Below are positions 23,525 through 36,039 of a stretch of DNA of 64,000 nt, in pieces. Position 1 is the stretch's first letter. The number at the start of each line of letters is the position of its first letter. The notes under the pieces are model-generated. The model was not told where the DNA came from, ran no database searches, and was given only the letters and a program-made list of their open reading frames with translations. This DNA comes from Orbicella franksi (lineage: Eukaryota). The position numbers and the translations under genes were made by a program. The stretch covers positions 16,926,001 through 16,990,000 of the forward strand of contig OZ116698.1 of assembly GCA_964199315.1 (NCBI GenBank), in the 5' to 3' direction.

Positions 23525-26500
23525 AAAAAATGATATCCGAGAAAGCCATAACACCTGTCCTTACCAAGTGCCTGTACTAGCACAGATCAATAACATTATA
23601 ACGTCTTCATGCATCTGTTATTTTGGCCTGCCCTACTCCTTTCTACTGGCAGTCATTATTCATCCCAGCCTACAGTACCTTAGAGAGTGTTCACTATTGT
23701 CCTACGAGAAATTTCTTTCAAACTCAACCTGTTTACTTACTTGCAGATACTTTGTTACAGAGAAGAACTGGGAGAAGACTAAGGAAAATGTTGAGCCAAA
23801 ATGGCAACAATTTTCAGTTTTGAAAAGTTTTTAAAAAAAAGATATGTAGAAATCCTGTCAATGATGTGTACATTCAGGCAAAAATAAAAAAAAACATTGA
23901 ATAAACAAAGTAAAAATGTCTTGTCATGAACTAGTTGCTTGCTATTGACTGGGATTAATGTAAATTACTTTGTTAATGGCAAAATGAATAAAAACTGAAA
24001 GACTGGGTGAGAACTTACCAGGAGTTAGAGCTGGTGTCCATTCTAAAACAAAAGAGTACATGGATCCCTCAAACAAAGACTGGATCAGTCCAAGACAGAG
24101 CACTTTTGGGTCTGATGGAGAAACCAAAGATTTAATTGAACTTGTACCTGACCTCATGACTTCTAAAACGGATTGCTCAAATAATATTTATCACTTATTC
24201 ACTTTTCTGAATGCTACTAAGCCTGGGATTTTCACCAAAATTCAAAGATTTGAATCACATTCCTCTGTATATGTAATTGAACGAGTCAAAACAAGACACA
24301 CTAGATATGTGTTCTATTCCCATTCTGGGGCAGATCCAGAAAATCCAGAAAGAGGGCGCCGAATGTGACCCCCCCCCCCCCCCCCTCCTCCCGCTTGAAT
24401 GAAAAATTCACTTTTAGGAGATGCGGCATACAACATTGTGGGAGTATTTGTGATGTAAAGAGTACAGTTAATGCCTGTTCCATTTGTTGATTGCAATTAG
24501 TGCAAAACGTATTTCCAATAAGGAAAGCTCCAAGAATAAAATAAAAGGAAAGCCTGATTGAAATACCACTCAAAAGATGGTTAGATGGATTGGCATTGTT
24601 AGTTACAAAAACGCTTTGAAAGTGCAAGAAAAAAAGGGGGGGGGCATGGCCCCGTCAGCCCCTCCCCTACCATTCATTTAAGGGGCATGAAAATTACTTG
24701 GTAGTGCAGATTTTATTGCTGCATGTAGTTTCCCTTATTGTACTCCATGTCTGACCACATTACTCCCCAAGAAGTTGTGCACAATAAATGTTCTACCTGG
24801 TCATTTGGACAGTGGCACATTTGAGCCTTGATCGTGGTTGTTTTAACGCCGGCATAGGCATGGTCGATAGGCGTGTTTAGATGAGAGTATGTACGCACGG
24901 TTTTGTTTTGAGAAATATTATACAAATTAAAGCAGTAGAGGACTTTTTTTTCTGATTTTACATAGCCTCATCTAAACACTCAGGAGGTTGAGATTTCTTG
25001 AGAATTATGCTGGATTCAGAATTCCAACCCTCCTTGTGTTTAGATGAGGCTATGTAAACAGGAAAAAAAGTCCTCTATTACATGTATCTAAATGGAAAGC
25101 TCCCAACCCTGTATATAATTAATTTGGTTTTATAGTTATACTCTACTACTGTAAGGAGGATGTGTTCTTCTTTGTCATTGCATACTCTGGGGGTGGGTCA
25201 TATGTAATAGAAGAGAAAACACACAGTTCTTACTAACCATGTCTGATAACCTGTATTCCTTGGAGAATTGATGACAGTCTGACATTTCCACTCACATCAC
25301 CATAATTTTCAGTCCAAGAGCAACAGATTATTCCACTTGTGACAACCAGTAATAGTAATGATAGACTAAATGGTGCACTGCAATAAAAGAACAATGCATG
25401 CAATCATCACTGGACATGTTTTTGCATGTCCTTGTTAAAAAAAATGACTTTAAAACTGAATATCCTCTGCCCCATTTAAGATTTTCTGTGACGTATCACT
25501 TCCTTGTTTTCTGAAGTAACTTGCTAACAAATGTCTTAGAATTCTAACAAAAGGTTCTTACAATATGGTGTCACATGTATGAGGAGACCCCAGAAATACA
25601 GGATGTAAAACCTTCAAAGTAGTCCACACCAGTCTGTAATTTTAGCTCTCTAGCTCTTTGATAGTTATCCACTGACATAACTTACAGCAGTTATTTAATA
25701 TTTTGTTACCTGAAAGTTAAGACTACCTACTGGCTATAACAATATATGTTTTGTAGGATGTGTTACCTACATGAATCCATAGTGAGTGGCCACCACCTGA
25801 GCAACCAGGCCAGCAAAAATAGCAACCAAGGAGTTTCCCAAAACAGCATTTGAAAACAGGTCAGTCAGCAAGCTCTTACCAAATCCTTGCTGAAATAAAA
25901 TGAATTGGGAACTTTTTATTCAAGTCCAATTTTCAAAGAGACACAACTGTCTTGCTCACTATAGATTTATCACCATTAATGTTTTTGAGTCAGTCACCTC
26001 AAAAGTGATTTGTTTTAAAGTTATTTTAAAGTATTATACAAATGCAAGTAGTTAGTGAATAATTTACTTCAAGAATTCAAAGTTGATGCAATAAAGTCTG
26101 GTGAAAAAGTCCAAGCAAAGAAACCACAACCTCAGGCTTAAGAAGTCAACTCTTCAAATAAACTGAATTTCAACTGAAAAGGTAAAGTCTGCCAAGTGGC
26201 CCATCAGGCCGTAGCTTATTCCGGTTTCTGTAGCATGAAGTGCCTAGGAGTATTTCCACTCTCCCCTGGATGAGATGCTAGTCCATTGCGGGGTTAATTA
26301 CCCCCAGCATTAAGTTCACTGGTACCCATTGATACACCTGGGTGGAAAGAGACACTGTGAGAGTTAAGCTTATTGCTCCAAACACATTCAACAAAATGTC
26401 CCCAGCTTGTGCTCAAACCCGGATGTCATAGTTTGCATGCGGTTTTCCTACATGCACGCATGCACATCTGTGTCATGCATGTTGCTCGCTCGCTCGAATA

Positions 26501-29500
26501 AAAGTTATTGCCTTGATTACTTTGAATCGTCTTGAATCTCTACCATCCTGACCCGAAAACACAACATGGCGTCAGAAGTGGGATCTTTTCCGTGAGTACA
26601 CAACTTGAACTGTGATTTCCACCACGAGTTTGGGCACCAGGCCGGTGCATATCCACATTCAAAACAACAAACATGGTGGAGCTAGCCAGATTACCAATTC
26701 CCCACATGGACTGGTCCTCATCGGACGCACTGCGAGCTCTCAGAAAATTCAAAGATCTCTGCCAGCTGTACTTCTCCGGCACATTAAAGGAAAAGAGCGA
26801 GCCAGAACAGATAAGTTTCCTGCTCATTTGGGCAGGCGATGAAGGCCGAGAACTAGCCTCCACATGGACGCTGACAGCTGATGAAAAGAAGAAACTCAAC
26901 ATGTACTGGGAAAAATTTGAAGACTATGTGGCACTGAGAAGTAATTTCAGACTCGCCCGATACAAACTTCGCACCATCAAGCAAGAACCGAGCGAAGCAG
27001 TCGATTCCTTCCTCAAGAAAGTACGTATCTTAGTGAAAGAATGTAACTACACAAGTCCTGATGAACATATCATTGACGTCCTAATCTTTGGATCAAACAA
27101 CCCGCGTGTGCAGTCAAAACTTCTTGAACATGATGAAACCTTGACACTTGACAAAGCAATAAACATTGCGAGAACCCAAGAAGCTACAAGTAACCAGTTG
27201 CAGGAAATCAGAAGCAGTCAAACTACAATGGTCAATGCCCTGAGGCAGGGTCCACACACGGGACAGCCCCCAACACAGGGAACCCAGGCTAAAGACGACA
27301 AATGTGGAAATTGTGGAAATCTTCATGATCTAGCTCGGAGATCATTGTGCCCAGCATATGGAACAAAGTGTGAAGCCTGTGGCTGATACAACCACTGGAA
27401 AGCTGTGTGCCACTCTCGTCAATGAGTAAAACAGCAAGACCATGGGCAACCCAGAGACCGATGGCAAAAGCAAAGGGAGAGCATTCATGCACTTGACACA
27501 GCTGAGCAAAGTGCTGAATCTCCACCACCAGAGAACACACCACACATGCTGGACATTCCACAACACAACACTCCACAACTGTACTTTCACTCCTTGTACA
27601 TAAACAGTGTCTCTGAGAACGACACACAAGCTTTACTACAGCTACAAGTGGACTCAGGTCAAGTAACAACACCCCTAATATCCAAAATTGACACTGGAGC
27701 AGAGGGGAACGTCATACCCGTGGACATATACAAATGTCTGTGCCCACAGTCAAGCTACAGCCCAGAAGGCACACCGCTTGGACTAACTCCCTCAAGTACA
27801 ATGATTACTGCCTTTGGGGGTCACACCATACCACACTATGGCATCTGTGAGCTCACCTTATCACATCATGGCCACTCTAAATCATATGCCTTCCATGTAG
27901 TGAGCACTGTAGGCCCAACAATCCTGGGCCTCCCGACCTGTCGTGATATGAAGCTTGTCACCCTCAACTATGGTATCGCCACCACACAGACCGAGGAGGC
28001 ACCTATGCCAAACCCACAGGGCTGCCCAGATGCAAAGTAAGAGCTTCTTTGCCAGTATCAGGATTGCTTCCAGGGAATTGGATGCTTCCAGGGGGAGTTT
28101 CATATTACCCTAGACCCCATGGTTCCCCCAGTCATCCACCCACCATGAGTACCTGAAGCACTACGTGAGCCTCTTAAGAGAGAACTCGATGCACTTGTTG
28201 AACAAGGCATCATAGCAAAAGTAGATGAGCCCACTGACTGGGTGAACTCACTAGTTTGCGTGACCAAGGCCAATGGTACGCTTCGATTGTGCTTGGACCC
28301 AAAAGACCTCAATCATGCCATCAAGCGCCCACGTCACTGCACCCCAACATTGGACGATGTACTTCCAAAGCTAAACGGAGCCAAATACTTCAGTATCGTA
28401 GATGCCGAAGTGGATATTGGAACATTAAACGTGATCATGCCAGCTCTTTATACACAACATTCAACTCACCTCATGGCAGATATAGGTTCCTGTGGATTCC
28501 CCTCGGTCTGATCTGTGCCCAGGACATCTTTCAGAAGAAAGTTGATGAAACTTTTGGAGATCTGCCTGGTGTAACTGGCATCGCTGATGACATTGTCATC
28601 TATGGATGCGACCTCGCTGACCATGATACAAACCTGAAAGTAGTTATGGAACATGCTTGTGAAACTGGTCTCTGTTTCAATGCAGACAAATGCAAGATAA
28701 GATGTACAGAAATACCATTCTTTGGCCACATCATCAGCTCAAACGACCTCAGACCAGACCCACAGAAGGTGGAAGCAATTAGCAACATGGACCCCTCCAC
28801 GAGTCTTGCTGACCTACAAACCTTTCTTGGCATGACACAGTTCCTCAGCCGTTACCTGCCCAACCTGGCAGCACACTCAGCCACCCTTCGGGACCTCACC
28901 AAGAGAAGCAGTGAGTTCCAGTGGCAGCCCCAGCACCAGCTAGCTGTAGATAAGATTAAGAAAGCCATCACATCAGCCGATTCTTTACAGTACTTTGACA
29001 GTACAAAACCAGTGACCATCCAAGTTGACGCATCCTCGCATGGCCTTGGTGCAACCCTGCTCCAAGACAAGGGCCCCATCGAGTATAGAAGCAAGCTCTT
29101 GACAGAGACAGAATCACGCTATTCAAACATCGAGAGAGAAATGCTAGCTGTGGTACATGGTCTTGAGAAGTTCCACTACTATGCATATGGAAGAGGCGTC
29201 ACTGTTGAGACAGAACACAAGCCGTTAGAGGCAATTTTCAAGAAACACCTTGCAACAGCTCCTCCATGCATCGCAAGGATGATGCTTAGGATCCAGAAAT
29301 ACGATGTAGACATCAAGTACGTCCAAGGAAAGAACGTCCCACTGGCTGATGAACTGTCCTGGATCAGCCCCTGCCCTGGTGATACAATTGAAGGGCTGGA
29401 CATATCTGTCCATGAACTGCAACTCCACCTGAATGCAAGCCCAACAAGGATTGCTCAGATTAAAGAAGAAACAGCCAAGGATGAGGTACTCCTCTCACTT

Positions 29501-32500
29501 CGTTCAACCATCACCCAAGGATGGCCCGACACAAGATCAGATTGCCCAGCACACCTTCATGCATTCTGGAATTATCGTGACGAACTAACCGTCGCAGATG
29601 GAGTAATCCTGAAGGGTACATGCATTCTCATTCCGAAGAGCCTACAGGCAGACATATTGCAGCAATTAAACTATGCACATCTAGGAGTAGGAAAATGCAA
29701 ACTCCGTGCTAAGGGTTCAGTGTTCTGGGTCAACATAAACCGCGACATAGAAGAGATGGTCAAATCCTGTGCTCCATGTCAACAAAATCAAAATATGAAC
29801 TTAAAGGAGCCCCTCATGCCTCATGACATCCCACAGAAACCATGGCACACACTTGGATGTGACCTATTCTTTTGGAACAACGCACGCTATTTGATGTTAT
29901 CTGACTATTACAGCAAGTTTCGGCTGGTGTGAAAGTTGAACAACATCCGGTCAGACACAACAATAGCACACCTGAAATCCATTTTTGAAGAACATGGGAT
30001 CCCAAATAAACTTGTCACTGGCAATGACACTCAGTTCACCTCTGCGTTATTCCAAGAATTCTGCAGCACTTATGGTTTCACCCACATGACAACAAGTCCA
30101 TACTATCTACAAGCCAATGGTTTCATTGAGAGAACTGTACAAACTGTAAAGAACCTCCTCCAGAAATGCAAGGAATCTGGTGCAGATCCTCATCTTGCCA
30201 TGTTATGCCTGCACAGCACCCCATTTGACCACAGCATCGCATTACCAGCAGAGCTCTTAAACTCAAGAGTATACCAAGCAAACCTCCCTTCTGTATCCAA
30301 ACCAGGTGTGTCCTTATCTGCAGATGGAGATGTAAACACCAAGCTCCAAGCACAGCAAGATCAGCATAAATCACAGTATGACAGGTCTTCCAAGCCCCTT
30401 CCTGCCATACACCCTGATGACCCAGTGCATGTACTTAGCCCACACAATCACAAATGGGAACCTGGTATTGTCAAGTGTAGCACACAGGCCCCTCGTTCAT
30501 ATATGGTCACCATGGCAAATGGCAGTACCCTCAGGTGAAACCACAGTCACCTTCGGCCAACAGGAGAGAAAATTTGTATCCAGAGCAACAACCCCAGTGA
30601 TGAACCATCGACACCCCTGAATGAAGTCTATAGCACCATGCCCAGCACCTTACCAAGTGAGAGTTTCCCTATGTGTGAACAGACCACACCGGCACCTGCC
30701 AGTACACCACAGTTGAGAGGTCCAGCTCCAGAACCCCCACTCTGCAGATCCTCAAGGCTTGTCAAGCCCCCTGACAGATTGGACTTATAAACTGAACAAA
30801 ACTTACTGCTAATTTTTTTTGTTTTTTGTTGTTGTTGTTGTTACTGTTACCATATCTCCGTCAGAAGGAGGGGGATGTCATAGTTTGCATGCGGTTTTCC
30901 TACATGTGCGCATGCGCATCAGTGTCATGCATGTTGCTCGCTCGCTCGAATAAAAGTTATTGCCTTGATTACTTTGAATCGTCTTGAATCTCTACCATCC
31001 TGACCCAAAAACACAACACCGGACCACTCAATCTGGAGACAAGAACAAAAACCATGAGGTCACAGTACCCCCTAAATTTCAACTAGTACAACAAGATAAT
31101 TGCACCTCATTTCCAGCCATTTAGCTAATTATACTTAATTGTACATGTACCTTTTTGGTATGCCTTAGCATCATATCTGGTGAGTTTGATGATAATGCAA
31201 GATATCAGGAAAGTAGACAAGGATGATTGTGCTTTGCTTCTGATTGGCTTATTGCCAGTTTGAGTACAATTAAGTCTAGAATTACATGTGAGGAAATGAT
31301 AAAAGAGAATTCTTCAGTTGTCATCAAATTCTCTAGGAAGAAATTCATTGAGGCCAGTGGGAAGAATTTTAATTTCAGCGCATTTGACATGATTTAAAAT
31401 GCATTGTACATTACTTTAATGGCACAACCCAAGATGAGAAGATCCCTGGAATGAGCTTGAGTAAAATGAGTTGACGTACCTTATCATGCTCACAAATTAC
31501 CCACGATTCAAAGGCACTAAACAAAATGGATGTCGCCATTCCTCCTGCCAAACGACCACACATTAAAACCCAGTAGCTTGGTACATGCTGAATAGACAAA
31601 ATATTACTAGTTGTGAGAAACATCCCTCTTTATTACTGGAAAAACTAAATTGAAAATTGTTTATAATTCATCTTAACACACAGGATGCACTATACCTTTG
31701 CAAGACAATCCATTCCATACAATACTCCATAAAGTATGCAGTTAAATTTTCTTCCACTGGCAAAGAAAATGTATGTCATGATTATAATTCGACTCACCAA
31801 ATGTTCCAGTCGTTTGGGGAGCGCGGTTAACACGGGCTCATAAAACGGCTGGAAATCAAGCCTTAAGATGAATGGGAAATTGCAGAAAAAAATAAAACCA
31901 TCCTCAAGGTAAAATACAAAAAGATCACAAAAAAAACTTACAGCTTATCTGCAAATGAACCAACAACTGTACCAAACACCATGGAAGAACCAAATCCTAC
32001 CACAAAAAGCTGGTTGATCTGCTTGGATGTCATTCCATAACTGGAAAATAATGCATACACATGGGGACCTTGCAGCCAATCAGCTCCTACAGTAAAAAGG
32101 TAACTGTTTGAAGAGCATTATACTAATTTACATCACCATACTTTTTATGACAAACTTTATGCTAATCTCCTCAAGATATTATTACAGTCAAACTCATAAA
32201 ACCGTGAACGCCTAAAATATGCCAGGAATGTTTATTGTGTTATAACCAATCATGAGCGAGATTTTCAACCACAGAAAATGATGTATTGCATTGGTTATGG
32301 AACTATCAATTTAGATTTTGCTGAAGATCTTGCTCGTGACACAATAAACATTCCAGGCATATTTTAGATGTTCACTGTTTTATGGCTATGACTGTAAAAC
32401 TGGGTCTGATCAAACAATGTAAGTTATCTCTATGGGGATCAGCCAAAAAAATAATATTTTTAGAAAATTGAAAAATTTGTTCTACAAAAAACAGAGATAT

Positions 32501-34612
32501 ATGCTAGGAACTGGATGAGAAACATAACATGGCAGCAATGGGAACACATGAAAACGAGAAATCTACAGCAGTATTCTAGTACATTTTCAACCTACAACCT
32601 ACAAACAATACCCAGCGCGTTATTCAACAACATGTCAGCATCTGTCTGATCCAACAGCCCGTCCGTCACCTCAAGAAACCCTACATGTAAAACAGGATTG
32701 CCTTATCGATTTTCCTCGATTTTACCTTTGACAGGAGATGGCTGCACTATGATACCACGGTAGGAACAAACATAAAATCACATGATGGTTCACATGGCTG
32801 TTCTGAAACCTTCTAGTCGCCTTGAGTTCTAACATTCTTGCTCGGATAAACCTGCACAGCTACTTTGCGGGACAAGATTTTCCAATCCAACGACCTGAAG
32901 CTCCTTGAAATACTTACGCAGAGATAGGCTAAAAGTGTGCACAATGCCATCTTCTACGTAATTCGGGAAACTTTAGCCAGTTTTTAATTGAGTTTTCCGG
33001 AGTTTTCCGACTTTACCTCCAGACGCCATGTTTACATCAGCTTAGTGGCCACTCCTTTGAGGCCCAGTCTTCGTGAACTAAAATTTGGCGCGGGTATGCG
33101 ATCATCCACGAATCTCATACAGATCAGCTAAGGAACGCTAAACGAAACTATAAATTTCTTACCATATACAATTTTAACTTTCATTGTCAAACAGCTGTGC
33201 GCCTAACGCTCAAGAAATTTTGATTTAACAAGGCGGGCCGAGGCACAAGTTGAAAGGGGGGGAGGGATGAGGAGAAATATCGAATAGCGCCCCTCCAGTG
33301 CTAACAGCTATGGCTATGTAAATAAAAGAAGGTTTTAAGGCCAGTGTTTATAGGCAGAAAAAAAATTGATTGGTTTCGCAGCCACAATTTCAAATTTCCC
33401 AAGTATGAAACTCAGTCTTTTCACTGACAAATCAATACAGCCACCATGTACAGTCTGGTGGCAAGCACTGGTGGCTGAATACGCGGGATTTCCACTGTCA
33501 GTAATATTTTTCGAACAACTACGATTGGTAATATAAATATTGCTTGTAACTGTCTTCTTAGAAACGCATAAAACTACGTCAGAAACATCATGTCATGTTT
33601 CACTTTTTACCCTGCCATATGGAGTGCTTATAATAAGGATCATGAAGTAAATAGGATAAATACCTCGACCATTTACTCCTCAGGCGGATATGGCTTTTTG
33701 ATACTTGATATTTTTATATAACAGCCGATAGAAAAAAGACCATTATTATAGCAGCTTACAGCCTCGAGGGCCTTATCCCTTATAATGGACAAACTCCTCC
33801 TTAGTTCCCATGATAGCAAAAAAGAAAATACAATGGTAAAAATTTTACTTTTAATTATTTCAATTTGTTTGTTAAGTCAGTAAAGGTCCATCAATGGAGT
33901 CTGTGCAAAAAAACACGTTTTTTGGAACCACTGCAAAAGGTCGAAGTTCGTCGGCTGATTTTTCGTTTGAGGTAATATACAGTATTACTATAGTACTCAA
34001 TTACTACATCGACTTTGTTTTATGTTTTATTTCATTTTTTCTGGCAACGCACGTATAGACGGTTATTAAGAAAAGTAGTCGGTCAGATCGTTCTAAAACT
34101 AGACCGTTGCACTTTTTACGCAGACCATCTTAGATAAAACTGAGATCCTTAAAATAGTTGATAGATCGCTCTACTAACGAGTGTAATTCTAATGTAAATT
34201 CTGAATACTGTTCACATGAGCGATCAGATTGATACAGTGTTTACTGAAACTGAATACATGTTCTAAAGAGAAAATAATGATTTCACAGCAGCAAACACCA
34301 CCGAGTACTGCTCACATGATCGATCAAGGCGATAAACTGATTTGATAGATCGAGTCTTAGTTCTGAATACAAAATAATTGTCTCGCTCTGTCCTCCGCAA
34401 AGGCCTTCACCACGGAACGATCTGACCGTAATTTACTGAAATAAGCACACTCTACCTTGGGCCATGAGATAAACAGTAAGATACTTGCGCTGAAATTTAC
34501 GAAATGATCCATCACCACTAGCCGCCGATTGTTGTGATGAGTTCGCTGTTAATAAATACAAAAGAAGGCAAATGGTGGACAAGAAGACAAACGAGGCCTC
34601 GTATATCGCCAT
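18650..34612 (-). CDS. MFSD5: Molybdate-anion transporter / MFS domain-containing protein 5, 15 coding exons, ~440 aa
   Basis: Exons (all GT-AG, phases join): 34456-34612, 31942-32086, 31696-31756, 31480-31587, 25771-25889, 25238-25377, 24019-24111, 23334-23389, 22820-22890, 22024-22078, 21826-21874, 21101-21154, 20556-20623, 19758-19860, 18650-18693 (last exon less certain). Total 1323 nt. Family motifs: ADWLQGP, ILFSAFESW, GNSLVAI, WTENYGD, QSLFEGSMY.FVLEWTP, IPHGWIFASFM, FECCVGLFWP..G.LRSKYVPE, RATVMNIFRVPLN. AATAAA at 18575-80 (-). Confidence 0.93.
19390..19730. repeat. Interspersed repeat containing a perfect 53-bp-stem hairpin (last MFSD5 intron)
   Basis: 19591-19643 is the exact reverse complement of 19654-19706, with a 10-nt loop. 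Confidence 0.8.
20212..20281. repeat. (GGAC/GACT)n microsatellite
   Basis: Directly visible tandem tetramers. Confidence 0.9.
22383..22562. mobile_element. TA-CAGT...ACTG-TA MITE in an MFSD5 intron
   Basis: tacagtggaagcctg ... cgaggttctactgta. Confidence 0.65.
22580..22768. mobile_element. Degenerate palindromic MITE (GATC-rich)
   Basis: agagtgc...ggatgatctggatcagaatcaatgatccaagatc / gatcttggatgattgatcctgatcc...cactct. Confidence 0.6.
23485..23523. repeat. (CT)n dinucleotide microsatellite
   Basis: Uninterrupted tc run. Confidence 0.95.
26424..26566 (+). repeat. 5' LTR
   Basis: TGTCATAG...CACAACA, contains AATAAA, matches 30876-31018. Confidence 0.95.
26567..26584 (+). promoter_or_regulatory. 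Primer-binding site, tRNA-Leu-like
   Basis: TGGCGTCAGAAGTGGGAT immediately after the 5' LTR. It is complementary, with one mismatch, to the 3' end of eukaryotic tRNA-Leu (...AUCCCACUUCUGACACCA) as recalled. Confidence 0.7.
26673..30790 (+). pseudogene. Disrupted single gag-pol ORF (~1370 aa ancestral)
   Basis: Gag with Cys/His knuckles (KCGNCG..H..CP..G.KCEACG..NHW..VC), protease KIDTGA, RT (LRLCLDPKDLN, GIADDIVIYG), RNase H (VDASSHGLG, RYSNIEREMLA), integrase (HLG...C..C, CDLF, NGFIER). In-frame stops at 27384, 27423, 28038, 28146, 29930, 30536 and a 1-nt frameshift near 28405. Natural end KPPDRLDL* at 30790. Confidence 0.93.
30863..30875 (+). promoter_or_regulatory. Polypurine tract
   Basis: All-purine tract (AGAAGGAGGGGGA-like) directly before the 3' LTR. 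Confidence 0.85.
30876..31018 (+). repeat. 3' LTR
   Basis: Matches the 5' LTR at 138 of 143 positions and is followed by TSD CCGGA. Confidence 0.95.
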
Positions 34613-35239
34613 CCCAAGGATCAAGCCTTTAATTTGCCCAGTGACTTTCACGAGTGAGAACGCGGCGTTCAAAATGTTACAAGAGGTTGTGCAGAGACCT
34701 GTTGTGCGATAATTTTGCGTCATTTTAGGAGATGAACGCTGATTGGAAGGTTCGAGTATTACCAGAAAACGCTTGGTATTACCATGAAATAGTTCAGGTG
34801 TTCTGTTTGACACATGTTTGAATTTTCTTCAACTTATATAGCACAGTCAGAATTAAGCATTGATAGGAGAAACGTATGGAGAACTTGGCTGATTAGTCAG
34901 ATTTCTAGATGATGCAAGGGAGGTCTCCGCTTGGTTTATATCGCATTTTACCATTCCCGATAAAGTGACTACAGTGTTGTCTGTAAGTAAGCACTGGTAG
35001 CCATGGCATAAGCACCTAGAGTGATGGCGAAGCGTAATTTCAAGTAGAAAGGGAGGGGCTCGTGCGGGGACCGAAACATCCGTAGTGATCTGAGAAGCTA
35101 GTCTGATTGCTTTCCCGAAAGTGCGCATTCGGACTGTCAAACATTTTTTTTCCTTTTTCAACTTGCCTGTTAAGGTATAAGAAACATGAAAGGCAGGAGA
35201 TTGGAACATAAAAATATTATTCTCTTTTCAGAACTGCTG

Positions 35240-35297
35240 ATTCTCGTCCCCAGTGCTACCGTCTTAAGATGTCGTTGGAGGCTCTGGGGACGAGAAT
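35240..35297. mobile_element. 58-bp mini-MITE
   Basis: ATTCTCGTCCCCAG / CTGGGGACGAGAAT perfect 14-bp TIR. A related half copy lies at about 35517-35528. Confidence 0.7.
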
Positions 35298-36039
35298 GAG
35301 AACTGCTGCTCTCGTTTTCCAGTAATTTGAATCTGAAGCATCAAAGCGTGAAGTGAAAGTTTCCGACTTCTAAAAAATGTATATTTAGCTTTACGAAGTG
35401 CAGTTGGATAATAAGGAAAAGAATTTAAAAAACTACACGAATAGCGATATGAAACCACCTCGAATTCATTCTGACAAGAACATTACTCCGCTTTCTCGCG
35501 GACGAAAGGGAGAGCGCTGGGGACGAGTTTGCAAGCTGCGCGCACATCGAGTTAGTGATTGTGACGTAAGCTAGCGAGAAATTATTACGTAAGATCAGAT
35601 GAAAGAACTTTGATCGCTGAAAATGGGATGAGAGGGTCAGTGTTATTATTCAATCTAAAACTGCGTTAGACCGTCAGGTAACGAATGTGTTTGGTTCTAT
35701 TTGATATATAACTTTTACTACTTAACATCAGCATACTCGTATCTGTTACTGATGATTTTGGATGACAATTAGACTGCATTTATGCTACTTTCTAAGTTGG
35801 TTAGGGTTTTTTGTTTTTGTTATGTTTCGCTGAATAGTTGGTTGATGAGCTTACTCTTTTGCTGTTATTAGAAAAAACTGAAGGCAAAACGGTTAAAACT
35901 CATCGATAATTGCTCTGATGCACTTTCAGTTTTTTCTGTTGTTGTTCGTTTAGTGTATTTATTATTTATATTTATTAATACAAAGGAAATATCTGTACTC
36001 TGTTACAGGTTTAGGTAGTATAACTTTGTTAATCCAGTT

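Larger units (their letters stand above)
26424..31018 (+). mobile_element. Full-length, inactivated Ty3/Gypsy LTR retrotransposon (4595 bp), antisense in MFSD5 intron 4
   Basis: 143-bp TG...CA LTRs (26424-26566, 30876-31018; 5 differences), 5-bp TSD CCGGA, PBS and PPT present, domain order gag-PR-RT-RNaseH-IN. Confidence 0.97.
26178..31075 (-). mobile_element. tRNA-derived SINE with a CORE-like central domain, split into 26178-26423 and 31019-31075 by the LTR element
   Basis: The rejoined minus strand reads A-box-like GTGACCTCATGG (31063-52) ... TCCGG | GTTTGAGC B-box-like (26422-11), then ...AACTCTCACAGTGTCTCTTTCCACCCAGGTGTATCAATGGGTACC (CORE-like) and a CTTTACCTT tail. Confidence 0.7.

Noticed and set aside
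26540-30374. Many minus-strand and alternate-frame ORFs within the retrotransposon
   Set aside because: Shadow ORFs of the gag-pol coding sequence with no independent features.
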